From positions 22,678 through 86,677 of the forward strand of contig DGVD01000002.1 of assembly GCA_002395835.1 (NCBI GenBank): 64,000 nucleotides of DNA, given 5' to 3'. A model generated the notes under the pieces. It saw only the letters and a list, made by a program, of their open reading frames with translations, did not search any database and was not told where the DNA came from. Both the position numbers and the translations under genes were made by a program. Shown piece after piece: positions 25,778 through 35,103 of this stretch. The stretch's first letter is position 1, and each line of letters starts with the position of its first letter. The DNA comes from Bacteroidales bacterium UBA4293 (GTDB lineage: Bacteria; Bacteroidota; Bacteroidia; Bacteroidales; Bacteroidaceae).

Positions 25778-26773
25778 ATGGCAGAAGCAATAGATATTAG
25801 AGAATTGAATGAACGTATAGAGCGTCACAGTTCATTCGTCACTAATCTGGTTACAGGAATGAACCAGCAGATTATAGGTCAAAAGCATTTGATAGAGTCA
25901 TTGTTAATAGGTCTTTTATCAGATGGACATGTTCTTTTGGAAGGTGTACCAGGTCTGGCAAAAACTAAGGCGATTAAGACTCTAGCTTCATTAATTGATG
26001 CACAGTTCAGCAGAATTCAGTTTACTCCTGATTTGTTACCTGCAGATATCATAGGAACAATGATTTATAGTCAGCAGGATGGCGATTTTATTTCCAAAAA
26101 AGGACCTATATTCGCCAATTTTGTTTTGGCTGATGAAATTAACCGTGCTCCAGCTAAGGTACAGAGTGCATTGCTGGAAGCCATGCAAGAGCGTCAAGTA
26201 ACTATTGGAAATGAGACGTTCCCACTTCCAAAACCATTTTTAGTTTTGGCAACTCAAAACCCAATAGAGCAGGAGGGAACTTATCCTCTTCCAGAGGCTC
26301 AGGTTGACCGTTTTATGCTGAAAGTTGTTATAGATTATCCTAAACTGGAGGAAGAAAAACTTATTATTCGCCAGAATATATCAGGTAAAGAGTCTGAGGT
26401 TCGTCCAATTTTGAGGACTAACGATATAATAGATGCTCGCGAAATTGTACGTCAGGTTTATATTGACGAGAAGATTGAACAGTATATTGCAGATATCGTT
26501 TTTGCAACTCGTTATCCTGAGAAATACAACTTAAAAGAGTTGAAAGATTATATTAGTTTTGGTGGTTCACCTCGTGCTTCTATCAATTTGGCTTTAGCTG
26601 CACGAGCTTATGCATTCATAAAGCGTCGTGGTTATGTTATACCAGAAGACGTTAGGGCTGTTGCTCATGATGTTTTGCGTCATCGTATTGGCTTAAGCTA
26701 TGAAGCAGAAGCTAGCAATGTAACCAGCGAGGAAATTATAAGTCGTATACTTAATAGTGTTGAAGTACCTTAA
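25778..26773 (+). CDS. MoxR-family AAA+ ATPase (first gene of the Bat operon)
   Basis: Walker A LEGVPGLAKT, Walker B LADEINRAPAKVQSALLEAMQE, and LATQNPIEQEGTYPLPEAQVDRF. Confidence 0.95.
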   Translation: MAEAIDIRELNERIERHSSFVTNLVTGMNQQIIGQKHLIESLLIGLLSDGHVLLEGVPGLAKTKAIKTLASLIDAQFSRIQFTPDLLPADIIGTMIYSQQDGDFISKKGPIFANFVLADEINRAPAKVQSALLEAMQERQVTIGNETFPLPKPFLVLATQNPIEQEGTYPLPEAQVDRFMLKVVIDYPKLEEEKLIIRQNISGKESEVRPILRTNDIIDAREIVRQVYIDEKIEQYIADIVFATRYPEKYNLKELKDYISFGGSPRASINLALAARAYAFIKRRGYVIPEDVRAVAHDVLRHRIGLSYEAEASNVTSEEIISRILNSVEVP

Positions 26774-26796
26774 ATTTTAGGTGAATTCAAATCAAT

Positions 26797-27666
26797 ATGG
26801 AAACAAGTGACATTCTGAAGCGCGTTCGGCAGATAGAAATAAAAACCAGAGGACTGTCGAATAATATATTCGCAGGACAGTATCATACAGCCTTCAAAGG
26901 AAGAGGTATGACATTTTCTGAAGTGCGTGAATATCAGTATGGAGACGATGTCCGTGATATAAACTGGAATGTAACAGCTCGTTTCAATAGGCCATATGTA
27001 AAAGTTTTCGAAGAAGAGCGTGAACTTACTGTGATGTTGTTGGTTGATGTGTCAAATAGTTTGGATTTTGGTACCGACAAACAATTATCCAATGAAATGC
27101 TGACAGAAATCGCTGCGACTCTTGCTTTTTCAGCAATTCAGAATAATGATAAAATTGGAGTGATATTCTTTTCTGATAGAATTGAAAAATACATTCCTCC
27201 TAAGAAGGGACGTAAGCACATCCTTTATATTATACGCGAGTTGATTGATTTTAAAGCGGAGAGTCAAAAGACTGATATAAAGCAAGCTTTGGAGTATCTT
27301 ACTAATGTTCAAAAACGTAGATGCACAGCTTTCATCTTGAGCGATTTTATTGATGCCAAGAACTACAAGGATACTTTAACAATTGCCAATCGAAAACATG
27401 ATGTAGTAGCAATACAGATTTATGATAGACGTTTGTCCGATTTGCCAGATGTTGGTTTGATGAAAGTGAAGGATGCAGAAACTGGTTATGAGCAATATAT
27501 TGACACATCTTCTCGAAGGTTGCGTGAAGCTCATAAGAACTGGTGGACTGAAAGACAGGAGAAGATGCATAGAATATTCAACATGTGTAATGTGGATAGT
27601 GTTTCCGTATGTACTGATGGTGACTATGTGAAAGCATTATTGAGTTTATTTGCAAAAAGAAATTAA
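26797..27666 (+). CDS. DUF58-domain protein (vWA-like, MoxR partner)
   Basis: GQYHTAFKGRGMTFSEVREYQYGDDVRDINW is the DUF58 signature. Confidence 0.9.
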   Translation: METSDILKRVRQIEIKTRGLSNNIFAGQYHTAFKGRGMTFSEVREYQYGDDVRDINWNVTARFNRPYVKVFEEERELTVMLLVDVSNSLDFGTDKQLSNEMLTEIAATLAFSAIQNNDKIGVIFFSDRIEKYIPPKKGRKHILYIIRELIDFKAESQKTDIKQALEYLTNVQKRRCTAFILSDFIDAKNYKDTLTIANRKHDVVAIQIYDRRLSDLPDVGLMKVKDAETGYEQYIDTSSRRLREAHKNWWTERQEKMHRIFNMCNVDSVSVCTDGDYVKALLSLFAKRN

Positions 27667-27669
27667 TAG

Positions 27670-28743
27670 ATGAGCAGGAAAATACTTTTTCTATTTATAT
27701 TTTCATGTTTTAGTCTTTTCTGTAAAGCACAGGTAACGGTAGATTTATCTATTGATACCTTACTTATTCGTGTAGGGGAGCAGACTAAGCTTCATTTGCA
27801 AGTAAGTATGGATGCAGGTGCGAGCTATGATTTCCCTCAGTTTACTGATACTATTGTAGCTGGTGTTGAGTGTCTGGAAGAGAGTAAACCTGTAATTACG
27901 GAACTGAATGATGGCAAAAGACTTCTTGTTTCTAAAGATTATTTGGTGACATCTTTTGATTCAGGACATTATTATTTACCACCGTTGGAAGTATTAGTTG
28001 ATCAAAAAGCCTATCAGAGTCGTCAGAGTCTTTCCTTGAAAGTGTTTTCAGTAGATGTTAACCTGTCTAAGCCCAATGAATTCTTTGGGCCAAAAGATGT
28101 AATGAATGCACCTTTTGCTTGGGAAGATTGGTCTCTTGTCTTTTGGTTGTCTATCTTTTTGATTCCAATTTTATGCGTCTGTTTCTACCTGATAATACGT
28201 TATAGAGATAATAAGCCAATTATAAGGCATATTAAGGTTGCTCCAAAGTTGCCACCTCATCAAAAGGCTATGAATGAAATCACTGCTATTAAGTCAGAAA
28301 AGAAATGGGCCCCTGAGGATTCTAAGGAGTATTATACGAAATTGACAGATACACTTCGTAATTATATAAAAGAGCGTTATGGCTTTAATGCTATGGAAAT
28401 GACCTCTGCTGAGATTATAGAGCGCTTAACACTTGAACCTGATGAGCAAGCTATGGATGAACTTAGAGAGTTATTCCAAACATCAGATTTAGTAAAATTT
28501 GCGAAGTATAATGCCTTGGTTAATGAAAACGATAGAAATCTTGTAAATGCAGTAGATTTTATTAACAAGACTAAAGTTGAAGTTGACCCTGCTGAATTGA
28601 ATAAAAAACAGGAACTTACAATAGAAGAGAAGCGTTCACGCACTGTAAAATTATCATTACTAGGTGGAATTATTATTCTTTCCCTACTGAGTATATTCAT
28701 TTTAATTTATATAGTCGTGGAACTTTATGAACTTTGTTTTTAG
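27670..28743 (+). CDS. Bat-operon membrane protein, function unknown
   Basis: Signal peptide MSRKILFLFIFSCFSLFCKAQ, a mid-protein TM helix WSLVFWLSIFLIPILCVCFYLII, and a C-terminal TM helix. It occupies the position of the unnamed third ORF of Bat operons. Confidence 0.8.
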   Translation: MSRKILFLFIFSCFSLFCKAQVTVDLSIDTLLIRVGEQTKLHLQVSMDAGASYDFPQFTDTIVAGVECLEESKPVITELNDGKRLLVSKDYLVTSFDSGHYYLPPLEVLVDQKAYQSRQSLSLKVFSVDVNLSKPNEFFGPKDVMNAPFAWEDWSLVFWLSIFLIPILCVCFYLIIRYRDNKPIIRHIKVAPKLPPHQKAMNEITAIKSEKKWAPEDSKEYYTKLTDTLRNYIKERYGFNAMEMTSAEIIERLTLEPDEQAMDELRELFQTSDLVKFAKYNALVNENDRNLVNAVDFINKTKVEVDPAELNKKQELTIEEKRSRTVKLSLLGGIIILSLLSIFILIYIVVELYELCF

Positions 28744-28753
28744 TTATTGAACT

Positions 28754-29752
28754 ATGACATTTGCTAATTTAATAGCTTTTTTGTTACTTATACCGCTTAT
28801 TCCATATATAGTTTGGTATATTTTAGCACATAAGAAATCTCAACCTTCGTTGAGGGTTCCTGATACCCATGCGTATATACATGCTCCTCGAAGTTGGAAA
28901 ATATATATGATTCATGCACCTTTTGTACTTCGAATTGTAACATGGACGTTATTAGTTCTAGCATTAGCTAGGCCTCAGACTAGCAATGATTGGAGTAATA
29001 GGGAGGTCGAAGGTATTGATATAATGCTTGCAATGGATATTTCCACTAGTATGCTTGCACAGGATCTAAAACCCAATAGAGTAGAGGCAGCAAAAATTGT
29101 AGCTTCCTCATTCATTGCAGATCGACCTACAGATAATATCGGATTGACATTTTTTGCCGGCGATGCTTTTACCCAATGCCCTATGACTACTGACCACTCC
29201 GTGGTGTTACAATTGTTACAAAATATGGGTTGTGATCAGGTTCAGCAAGGATTAATTCAAGATGGTACTGCTTTGGGTATGGGAATAGCAAATGCTTTAA
29301 CCAGGCTTGAAAATAGTAAGGCAAAATCAAAGGTTATTATTTTACTGACAGATGGTGTGAATAATATGGGAGATATATCTCCTCTAACTGCTGCAGAGAT
29401 GGCAAAGAGTTTAGGTATAAGGATATATACCATAGGTGTAGGAAAGAATGGTCTTGCGCCTTATCCTTATCCTGTTGGTAATACTTACCAAATTGTTAAT
29501 TTACCTGTTGAAATAGATGAACAGGTTCTAACACAAATTGCTCAGTCCACAGATGGCCAGTATTATCGAGCTACCAACAATGATGAATTGAAGCGAGTAT
29601 ATAGTGATATTGACAAGTTAGAAAAGTCGAAGTTAAAGGTAAAGGAATACAGCAAGAAATATGAGATGTTTCAGTTTTTTGGTTTAGGAGCTCTTATTTG
29701 CTTGCTGCTGGAGTTGTTATTGAGAATCCTACTTTTACGTAGAATTCCTTAA
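28754..29752 (+). CDS. batA: vWA-domain aerotolerance protein BatA
   Basis: N-terminal TM helices, MIDAS motif LAMDISTSM, LLTDGVNN, and a C-terminal TM helix. Confidence 0.9.
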   Translation: MTFANLIAFLLLIPLIPYIVWYILAHKKSQPSLRVPDTHAYIHAPRSWKIYMIHAPFVLRIVTWTLLVLALARPQTSNDWSNREVEGIDIMLAMDISTSMLAQDLKPNRVEAAKIVASSFIADRPTDNIGLTFFAGDAFTQCPMTTDHSVVLQLLQNMGCDQVQQGLIQDGTALGMGIANALTRLENSKAKSKVIILLTDGVNNMGDISPLTAAEMAKSLGIRIYTIGVGKNGLAPYPYPVGNTYQIVNLPVEIDEQVLTQIAQSTDGQYYRATNNDELKRVYSDIDKLEKSKLKVKEYSKKYEMFQFFGLGALICLLLELLLRILLLRRIP

Positions 29753-29763
29753 AGTAGATTACC

Positions 29764-30786
29764 ATGTTAAGATTTGCAAACCCTGAATATTTATATTTTA
29801 TGATTATCATTCCATTTTTGATAGTCATAAAGTTATTGATGGATTTTCGCCAAAAACAAAAACTCAAAGCTTATGGTGATCCAAAATTGTTGAAGCATTT
29901 AATGCCTGATTTTTCAGCTTTGCGCTACAATTCAAAATTGCTGTTGACTTTGGGGGCTTTTGCTGCAATTTGCTTGATGATGGCTCGTCCTCAAGCAGGA
30001 ACTACTATAGATAATTCTGAACGCGAAGGCATTGAAACTATTATATGTATAGATGTTTCAAATTCTATGTTGGCAAATGACATTCAGCCAAGTCGTCTTC
30101 AGAAGTCAAAAATGCTTGTATCTAGACTAGTGGATGGTTTTAAAGATGACAAGTTGGGCTTGATAGTTTTTGCAGGTGAAGCTTACACTCAATTGCCAAT
30201 TACTGCTGATTTTGTTTCTGCAAAAATGTTTTTGGATGAAATAGACCCTTCACTTATTCAGATTCAAGGCACTGATATACAGGCTGCTATAAATCTTGCA
30301 TCTAATAGTTTTACACAACAGGAAAATATTGGGAAAGCTATAATTGTAATCACTGATGGTGAGAACCATGAGGGGGGTGCAAATGAGGCTGCTAAAGATG
30401 CTGCGAAGAAAGGTATGCATGTTTATGTCATGGGTGTAGGATCTGAAGAGGGTGCTCCATTTAAAGTTCCAGGTGAGAATGATTATAAACGCGATGAAGA
30501 AGGCAACATTGTAGTAACACGTTTAAATTCAGAAATGTGTAGGGAAATAGCGAAAGCTGGTGAAGGTGCTTATATCCATGTTGATAATTCAAACTCAGCA
30601 CAAGATGCTCTTGAGAAAGAATTAAATAAATTGGCTAAGGCTCAATTAGAAATTACAAATTATTCAGAATATGATGAGCAATTTTGGGTATTTGGTATAA
30701 TAGCACTGTTATTCCTTATTATTGAAGTCATTTTGATGGAAAAGAAGAATCCATTGTTTAAAAACCTTAGATTGTTTAAGCAATAA
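29764..30786 (+). CDS. batB: vWA-domain aerotolerance protein BatB
   Basis: MIDAS motif CIDVSNSM, VITDGENHEG, and a C-terminal TM helix. Confidence 0.9.
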   Translation: MLRFANPEYLYFMIIIPFLIVIKLLMDFRQKQKLKAYGDPKLLKHLMPDFSALRYNSKLLLTLGAFAAICLMMARPQAGTTIDNSEREGIETIICIDVSNSMLANDIQPSRLQKSKMLVSRLVDGFKDDKLGLIVFAGEAYTQLPITADFVSAKMFLDEIDPSLIQIQGTDIQAAINLASNSFTQQENIGKAIIVITDGENHEGGANEAAKDAAKKGMHVYVMGVGSEEGAPFKVPGENDYKRDEEGNIVVTRLNSEMCREIAKAGEGAYIHVDNSNSAQDALEKELNKLAKAQLEITNYSEYDEQFWVFGIIALLFLIIEVILMEKKNPLFKNLRLFKQ

Positions 30787-30787
30787 A

Positions 30788-31453
30788 ATGAGGCTGGTAA
30801 TATTTATATTTTTGAGTTTCTTTTTTGTTGAGTCAAATATGGCACAGCAAAAGCAGTTGCGTTCTAGTTTGCGTTCTGGAAACCGTTTTTATCATCAGGA
30901 GAATTTGAAAAATGCAGAGTCCGAGTACCGAAAAGCTTACGAGATTGACTCTTTAAATACTCAAGTTCTATATAATCTTGGTACAGATTTATTGATGCAA
31001 CGAGATCTTCAACAAGCGAATGAATTACTATCCCGTGCATCTAATAGTGCTCTATCTAAGAACAAATTAAAAGGTACGAAGATATTTCATAATTTAGGAG
31101 TTACATACCAATCAGCTCAACAATACCAAAAAGCAATAGAATCCTATAAACAAGCATTACGATATAATCCTAATGATGAGGAGACTCGTTATAATCTTGT
31201 ATTGTGCCAAAAATTATTGAAAAATCAACAACAACAAAAGAATCAGCAACAACAGGAACAGCAAGATAAAAAAGACCAGAAAGAGGAAAAGAAAGAGCAA
31301 GAAAAGCAAGAACAACAGCCTCAGAATCAGATGTCTCAAGAAAATACAAAACAACTCCTAGAGGCTGTAAAACAAGAGGAAAGAAACGTAAAAGAACGTA
31401 TGAACCAACAGAAAGTTCAGCCAAAAAGTCGCCGTAAATCTAAAGATTGGTAA
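30788..31453 (+). CDS. batC: TPR aerotolerance protein BatC with a Q/K/E-rich tail
   Basis: TPR units (AESEYRKAYEIDS, AIESYKQALRYNPNDEE), then KNQQQQKNQQQQEQQDKKDQKEEKKEQEKQEQQ. Confidence 0.85.
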   Translation: MRLVIFIFLSFFFVESNMAQQKQLRSSLRSGNRFYHQENLKNAESEYRKAYEIDSLNTQVLYNLGTDLLMQRDLQQANELLSRASNSALSKNKLKGTKIFHNLGVTYQSAQQYQKAIESYKQALRYNPNDEETRYNLVLCQKLLKNQQQQKNQQQQEQQDKKDQKEEKKEQEKQEQQPQNQMSQENTKQLLEAVKQEERNVKERMNQQKVQPKSRRKSKDW

Positions 31454-31465
31454 TCTTGATTTGAA

Positions 31466-33304
31466 ATGAAGAGATTATATACATTTATCATATTATTTAT
31501 TAGTATTGTTTCATTTGTTCATGCGCAATCATTTAAAGCATCAGCTCCTGAACAAGTGGAAGAAGGGGAAAATTTCCGCGTTCAATATGTTGTAACAGAC
31601 AGTGAACCATCTTCATTCAAAGGTCCAAAATTTGACAGTGAAGGTTTCGAGTTATTAGCAGGCCCTTATACCTCTACATATTCAAGTTATCAAATGGTTA
31701 ACGGGAAAACTACTTCGTCTAGTTCTACAACATATACCTATACATTATGTGCTTCTAAAAAAGGTACATACACAATACCTTCAGCAACCGTTTCTGCTGG
31801 TGGAAAGACATTAACTTCTAATTCTTTAACTATTAATGTAATTGCAGGTTCTAATAGCAATTCAGGAAATACATCAAGAAGAAGTAATCGCTCACAGCAA
31901 AATAATGATAATACACAAGATGCAGGTGCAGTTATTTCGTCAAAAGACTTATATGTTACAGCTACTGCTAGTAAAACTCATGTTCATGAGCAGGAAGCTA
32001 TTCTTTTGACATATAAGGTTTTTTATACGGTCAACTTGACATCACTGAACCCCAATATGCCTGATTTAAAAGGTTTTCATGTTCAAGAAGTTCCATTACC
32101 AAGAGATAAAAGACCTTCTCAAGAGACAATTGGTGGGCGTAAGTATAATACTATTGTTTGGAGTCAATATGTTGCCTTCCCGCAGCAAACTGGAAAGTTA
32201 ACAATTCCTGGTGTTTCTTTTGATGCGGTAGTAGTTCAACGTATGCGAAATTTGGATCCATGGGATGCTTTCTTTAATTCTGGAAGTTCATTTACTGAAG
32301 TTAATAAAAAGATCCAAACTCAGCCTATCACAATAACTGTAGATGCTTTACCAGACAAACCCTCCACATTTTCTGGTGCAGTTGGAAAATTTGATATAAA
32401 ATCTGAAATTACTCCTTCGGAAATTAAAACAGGAGAGGCTCTGACATTAAAGGTTACAGTGACTGGAGTCGGTAACACTAAATTAATAAAGACTCCAGTA
32501 GTTACCGCTCCGAAGGACTTCGAAGTTTATGATCCAAAGGTATCAGAAAACACCCAAATAACCAGGAATGGCATGGAAGGTAATAAAACATTTGAATATG
32601 TTTATGTTCCAAGAAATCCTGGGAAATATACAATTCCTGCCATTGAATTTTGTTACTTTGATTTAGCAAGTAATTCTTATAAGACATTAAAGACAGAATC
32701 CTATGAATTAAATATCGCTAAAGGGAAAAATGCAGGGGTTAGTACTGTTTCTTCTTATAGTAAAGATGACGTTCAAATGTTTAATTCTGATATACAATAT
32801 ATTAAACTAGGTGATGTAAAACTTAAAAAAGAAGAATCCGATACTTTCTTTGGTTCTTTTGAGTATATACTTTATTACTTGATTCCATTTATTATATTTG
32901 TATTAAGTTTATATATTTTCCGGAAGCAAGCTATAGCAAATGCGAATGTTGCTCAGATGAAGATAAAGAAAGCTAATAAAATGGCACGTAAGCGCTTAAG
33001 AAAGGCAAATAAACTAATGAAAGAGCATAAAAAGGAGGAGTTTTATGACGAAATTATGCGTGCTTTGTATGGTTATGTGAGTGACAAGTTAAATATTCCT
33101 GTAGTAAGTCTTAATAAAGAAAATATTCGAGAAAAACTGGAGATTAATAGTTTAGAGCCTAGCCTTATAGACAGGGTTATTTCTACTTTAGATGAGTGTG
33201 AATTTGCTCGTTTTGCCCCCGTTGAGAGTGAAACTTCTTTAGAGAATTTCTACGAAAAGGTTATTACCTTGATTGAGAATGTTGAAAATTCTATGAAGAA
33301 ATAA
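31466..33304 (+). CDS. batD: BatD (oxygen-tolerance) protein
   Basis: 612 aa. Signal peptide, repeated beta-rich modules, a single TM helix YILYYLIPFIIFVLSLYIF and a cytoplasmic tail. Position and architecture match BatD. Confidence 0.85.
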   Translation: MKRLYTFIILFISIVSFVHAQSFKASAPEQVEEGENFRVQYVVTDSEPSSFKGPKFDSEGFELLAGPYTSTYSSYQMVNGKTTSSSSTTYTYTLCASKKGTYTIPSATVSAGGKTLTSNSLTINVIAGSNSNSGNTSRRSNRSQQNNDNTQDAGAVISSKDLYVTATASKTHVHEQEAILLTYKVFYTVNLTSLNPNMPDLKGFHVQEVPLPRDKRPSQETIGGRKYNTIVWSQYVAFPQQTGKLTIPGVSFDAVVVQRMRNLDPWDAFFNSGSSFTEVNKKIQTQPITITVDALPDKPSTFSGAVGKFDIKSEITPSEIKTGEALTLKVTVTGVGNTKLIKTPVVTAPKDFEVYDPKVSENTQITRNGMEGNKTFEYVYVPRNPGKYTIPAIEFCYFDLASNSYKTLKTESYELNIAKGKNAGVSTVSSYSKDDVQMFNSDIQYIKLGDVKLKKEESDTFFGSFEYILYYLIPFIIFVLSLYIFRKQAIANANVAQMKIKKANKMARKRLRKANKLMKEHKKEEFYDEIMRALYGYVSDKLNIPVVSLNKENIREKLEINSLEPSLIDRVISTLDECEFARFAPVESETSLENFYEKVITLIENVENSMKK

Positions 33305-33314
33305 TAATATATAG

Positions 33315-34064
33315 ATGAAAAAGTTACTTATATTTTTGTTTTCTCTTTTTTTGCAATTTACAGCTTCAGCTACTCCATCACTTAAGGTAGCTGCTGATTC
33401 TGCATATATGAAGGAAAACTATCAAGAAGCAGCTAGCTTATACGAAAAGGTTCTAGAGGAAGGGTATAGCCCTGAAATATACTATAATCTAGGCAACTGT
33501 TATTATCGTCTAGAAAAGATAGGTCCTTCAGTTCTAAATTATGAAAGAGCTTTACTTTTAAGTCCAGGCAATGGAGATATTCGTCATAATTTGGAATTGG
33601 CTCGTAGTAAAACACTAGACAAGATATCTCCTCTAGGAGAGATTTTTATCGTAACATGGTACAAGGAAGTTATAAATTGGTTTAGTGTAGACCAATGGGC
33701 AACCCTAGGAATTATTTGTTTCATTCTTGTTTTAATAATGCTATGTTTGTATTTATTTAGTAAGGTAGTTCTTATTCGCAAGCTTGGATTTTACTCATCT
33801 ATTGTTTTTATTCTAATTTGTATTCTATCTAATTTCTTTGCGTGGAATCAAAAACATATCTTGATAAATAGAAGTACTGCTGTTGTTATGTCCACATCCG
33901 TAAATGTGAAGAGCACTCCAAGTGAAAATGGGACTGATTTGTTTGTAATTCATGAGGGTACCAAGGTAACAATTATAGATCCAACAATGAAGGGATGGAA
34001 GGAAGTTCGTTTAGATGATGGAAAAAAAGGATGGATTCCAACTGGTTCAATAGAAGAAATTTAA
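33315..34064 (+). CDS. batE: BatE (TPR plus C-terminal SH3b-like domain)
   Basis: TPR units (AASLYEKVLEEGYSPEIYYNLGNCYY), two TM helices, and an SH3-like tail GTKVTIIDPTMKGWKEVRLDDGKKGWI. Confidence 0.85.
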   Translation: MKKLLIFLFSLFLQFTASATPSLKVAADSAYMKENYQEAASLYEKVLEEGYSPEIYYNLGNCYYRLEKIGPSVLNYERALLLSPGNGDIRHNLELARSKTLDKISPLGEIFIVTWYKEVINWFSVDQWATLGIICFILVLIMLCLYLFSKVVLIRKLGFYSSIVFILICILSNFFAWNQKHILINRSTAVVMSTSVNVKSTPSENGTDLFVIHEGTKVTIIDPTMKGWKEVRLDDGKKGWIPTGSIEEI

Positions 34065-34068
34065 GTTG

Positions 34069-34758
34069 ATGTTAGATCAATTACTAAATATAGATAAGAC
34101 AGTATTCCTTTCCATGAATGGAAGTGAATCTTTAGTTCTTGATAACTTTGCTTTGACAGAGATAAGTCATTTTGCATGGATACCATTTATATTGGCTGTT
34201 ATTTTCTTAATTATCAAAACTAATAATTTAAAAAAATCATTGATTATTTTTATTCTATTAGGTATTCTATACTTTGTATGTGATTTTTTTGTTTCATTTT
34301 TCCTCCAATCTTATTTTGCGAGATTAAGGCCAGTTCAAGATTTGTATTTTTCAGATAAAGTTGATACTGTTAATTCATTAACAGGAGGAATCCATGGTTT
34401 TTTTTCGAATCAGGCTTCTGGATTAATGGGAATTTGTTTATATTTGTCTTTGCAAGTTAGAAGCACTAAATTTTTCTTGACTCTTCTTTGTTGGACTCTA
34501 CTTCATAGTTGGGTTACGATTTATTTGGGATTCTATTATCCATCTGATGTATTGGTTGGTTTTATGTGGGGGGCGGTATTTGGTTTTTTGACTTATTTTA
34601 CATATTATAAAATTGTTAAGATTTTTTTTGAATTCCATTTTCATGAATCTCTGCAATGTACGAAAACTGGATACTTTTATGTAGATGTGAATTTTGTTAT
34701 TTTTGTGTTCTTGATGAATATTATAGGTATCTTAATAATAAGTTTATTTAAATTTTAA
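34069..34758 (+). CDS. PAP2-family membrane phosphatase
   Basis: Polytopic protein with motifs RLRP (KxxxxxxRP-like), FFSNQAS (SGH-like position) and YPSDVLVG (SRxxxxxHxxxD-like end). The track start 34066 is TTG, and ATG follows at 34069. The gene is extremely AT-rich. Confidence 0.75.
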   Translation: MLDQLLNIDKTVFLSMNGSESLVLDNFALTEISHFAWIPFILAVIFLIIKTNNLKKSLIIFILLGILYFVCDFFVSFFLQSYFARLRPVQDLYFSDKVDTVNSLTGGIHGFFSNQASGLMGICLYLSLQVRSTKFFLTLLCWTLLHSWVTIYLGFYYPSDVLVGFMWGAVFGFLTYFTYYKIVKIFFEFHFHESLQCTKTGYFYVDVNFVIFVFLMNIIGILIISLFKF

Positions 34759-34770
34759 ATTATAATAACT

Positions 34771-35022
34771 ATGAGTAAAAGAATTTCTTTTAATGAGCTT
34801 CGTAGGATTAAAGACATGTTACCTCATGGTTCTATGGCTCAAATAGCAAAAGAGCTTAATACAGATCCTGATACAGTTCGCAATTTTTTTGGCGGTCAGA
34901 ATTTTAAAGATGGTAATTGTGTGGGTTTCCATATTGAGCCAGGACCAGATGGAGGTATTGTTGAATTAGACGATACAGCATTTCTAGATGCAGCTATGCG
35001 AATTCTAAAAGAAAGAGAATAG
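34771..35022 (+). CDS. Small conserved hypothetical protein (possible HTH)
   Basis: 83 aa. SMAQIAKELNTDPDTVRNFF resembles a helix-turn-helix. It is the last ORF before the 56-bp palindromic terminator. Confidence 0.65.
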   Translation: MSKRISFNELRRIKDMLPHGSMAQIAKELNTDPDTVRNFFGGQNFKDGNCVGFHIEPGPDGGIVELDDTAFLDAAMRILKERE

Positions 35023-35025
35023 TAA

Positions 35026-35081
35026 TTTTAATAAACAAGAAAAGGAGTGTAAATTTACACTCCTTTTCTTGTTTATTAAAA
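35026..35081. terminator. Perfect 56-bp palindrome acting as a bidirectional terminator
   Basis: TTTTAATAAACAAGAAAAGGAGTGTAAA|TTTACACTCCTTTTCTTGTTTATTAAAA. I checked it base by base around the centre at 35053/35054. It lies between convergent genes. Confidence 0.85.
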
Positions 35082-35103
35082 ACTAAATGTATAGAGGTTA
35101 TTC

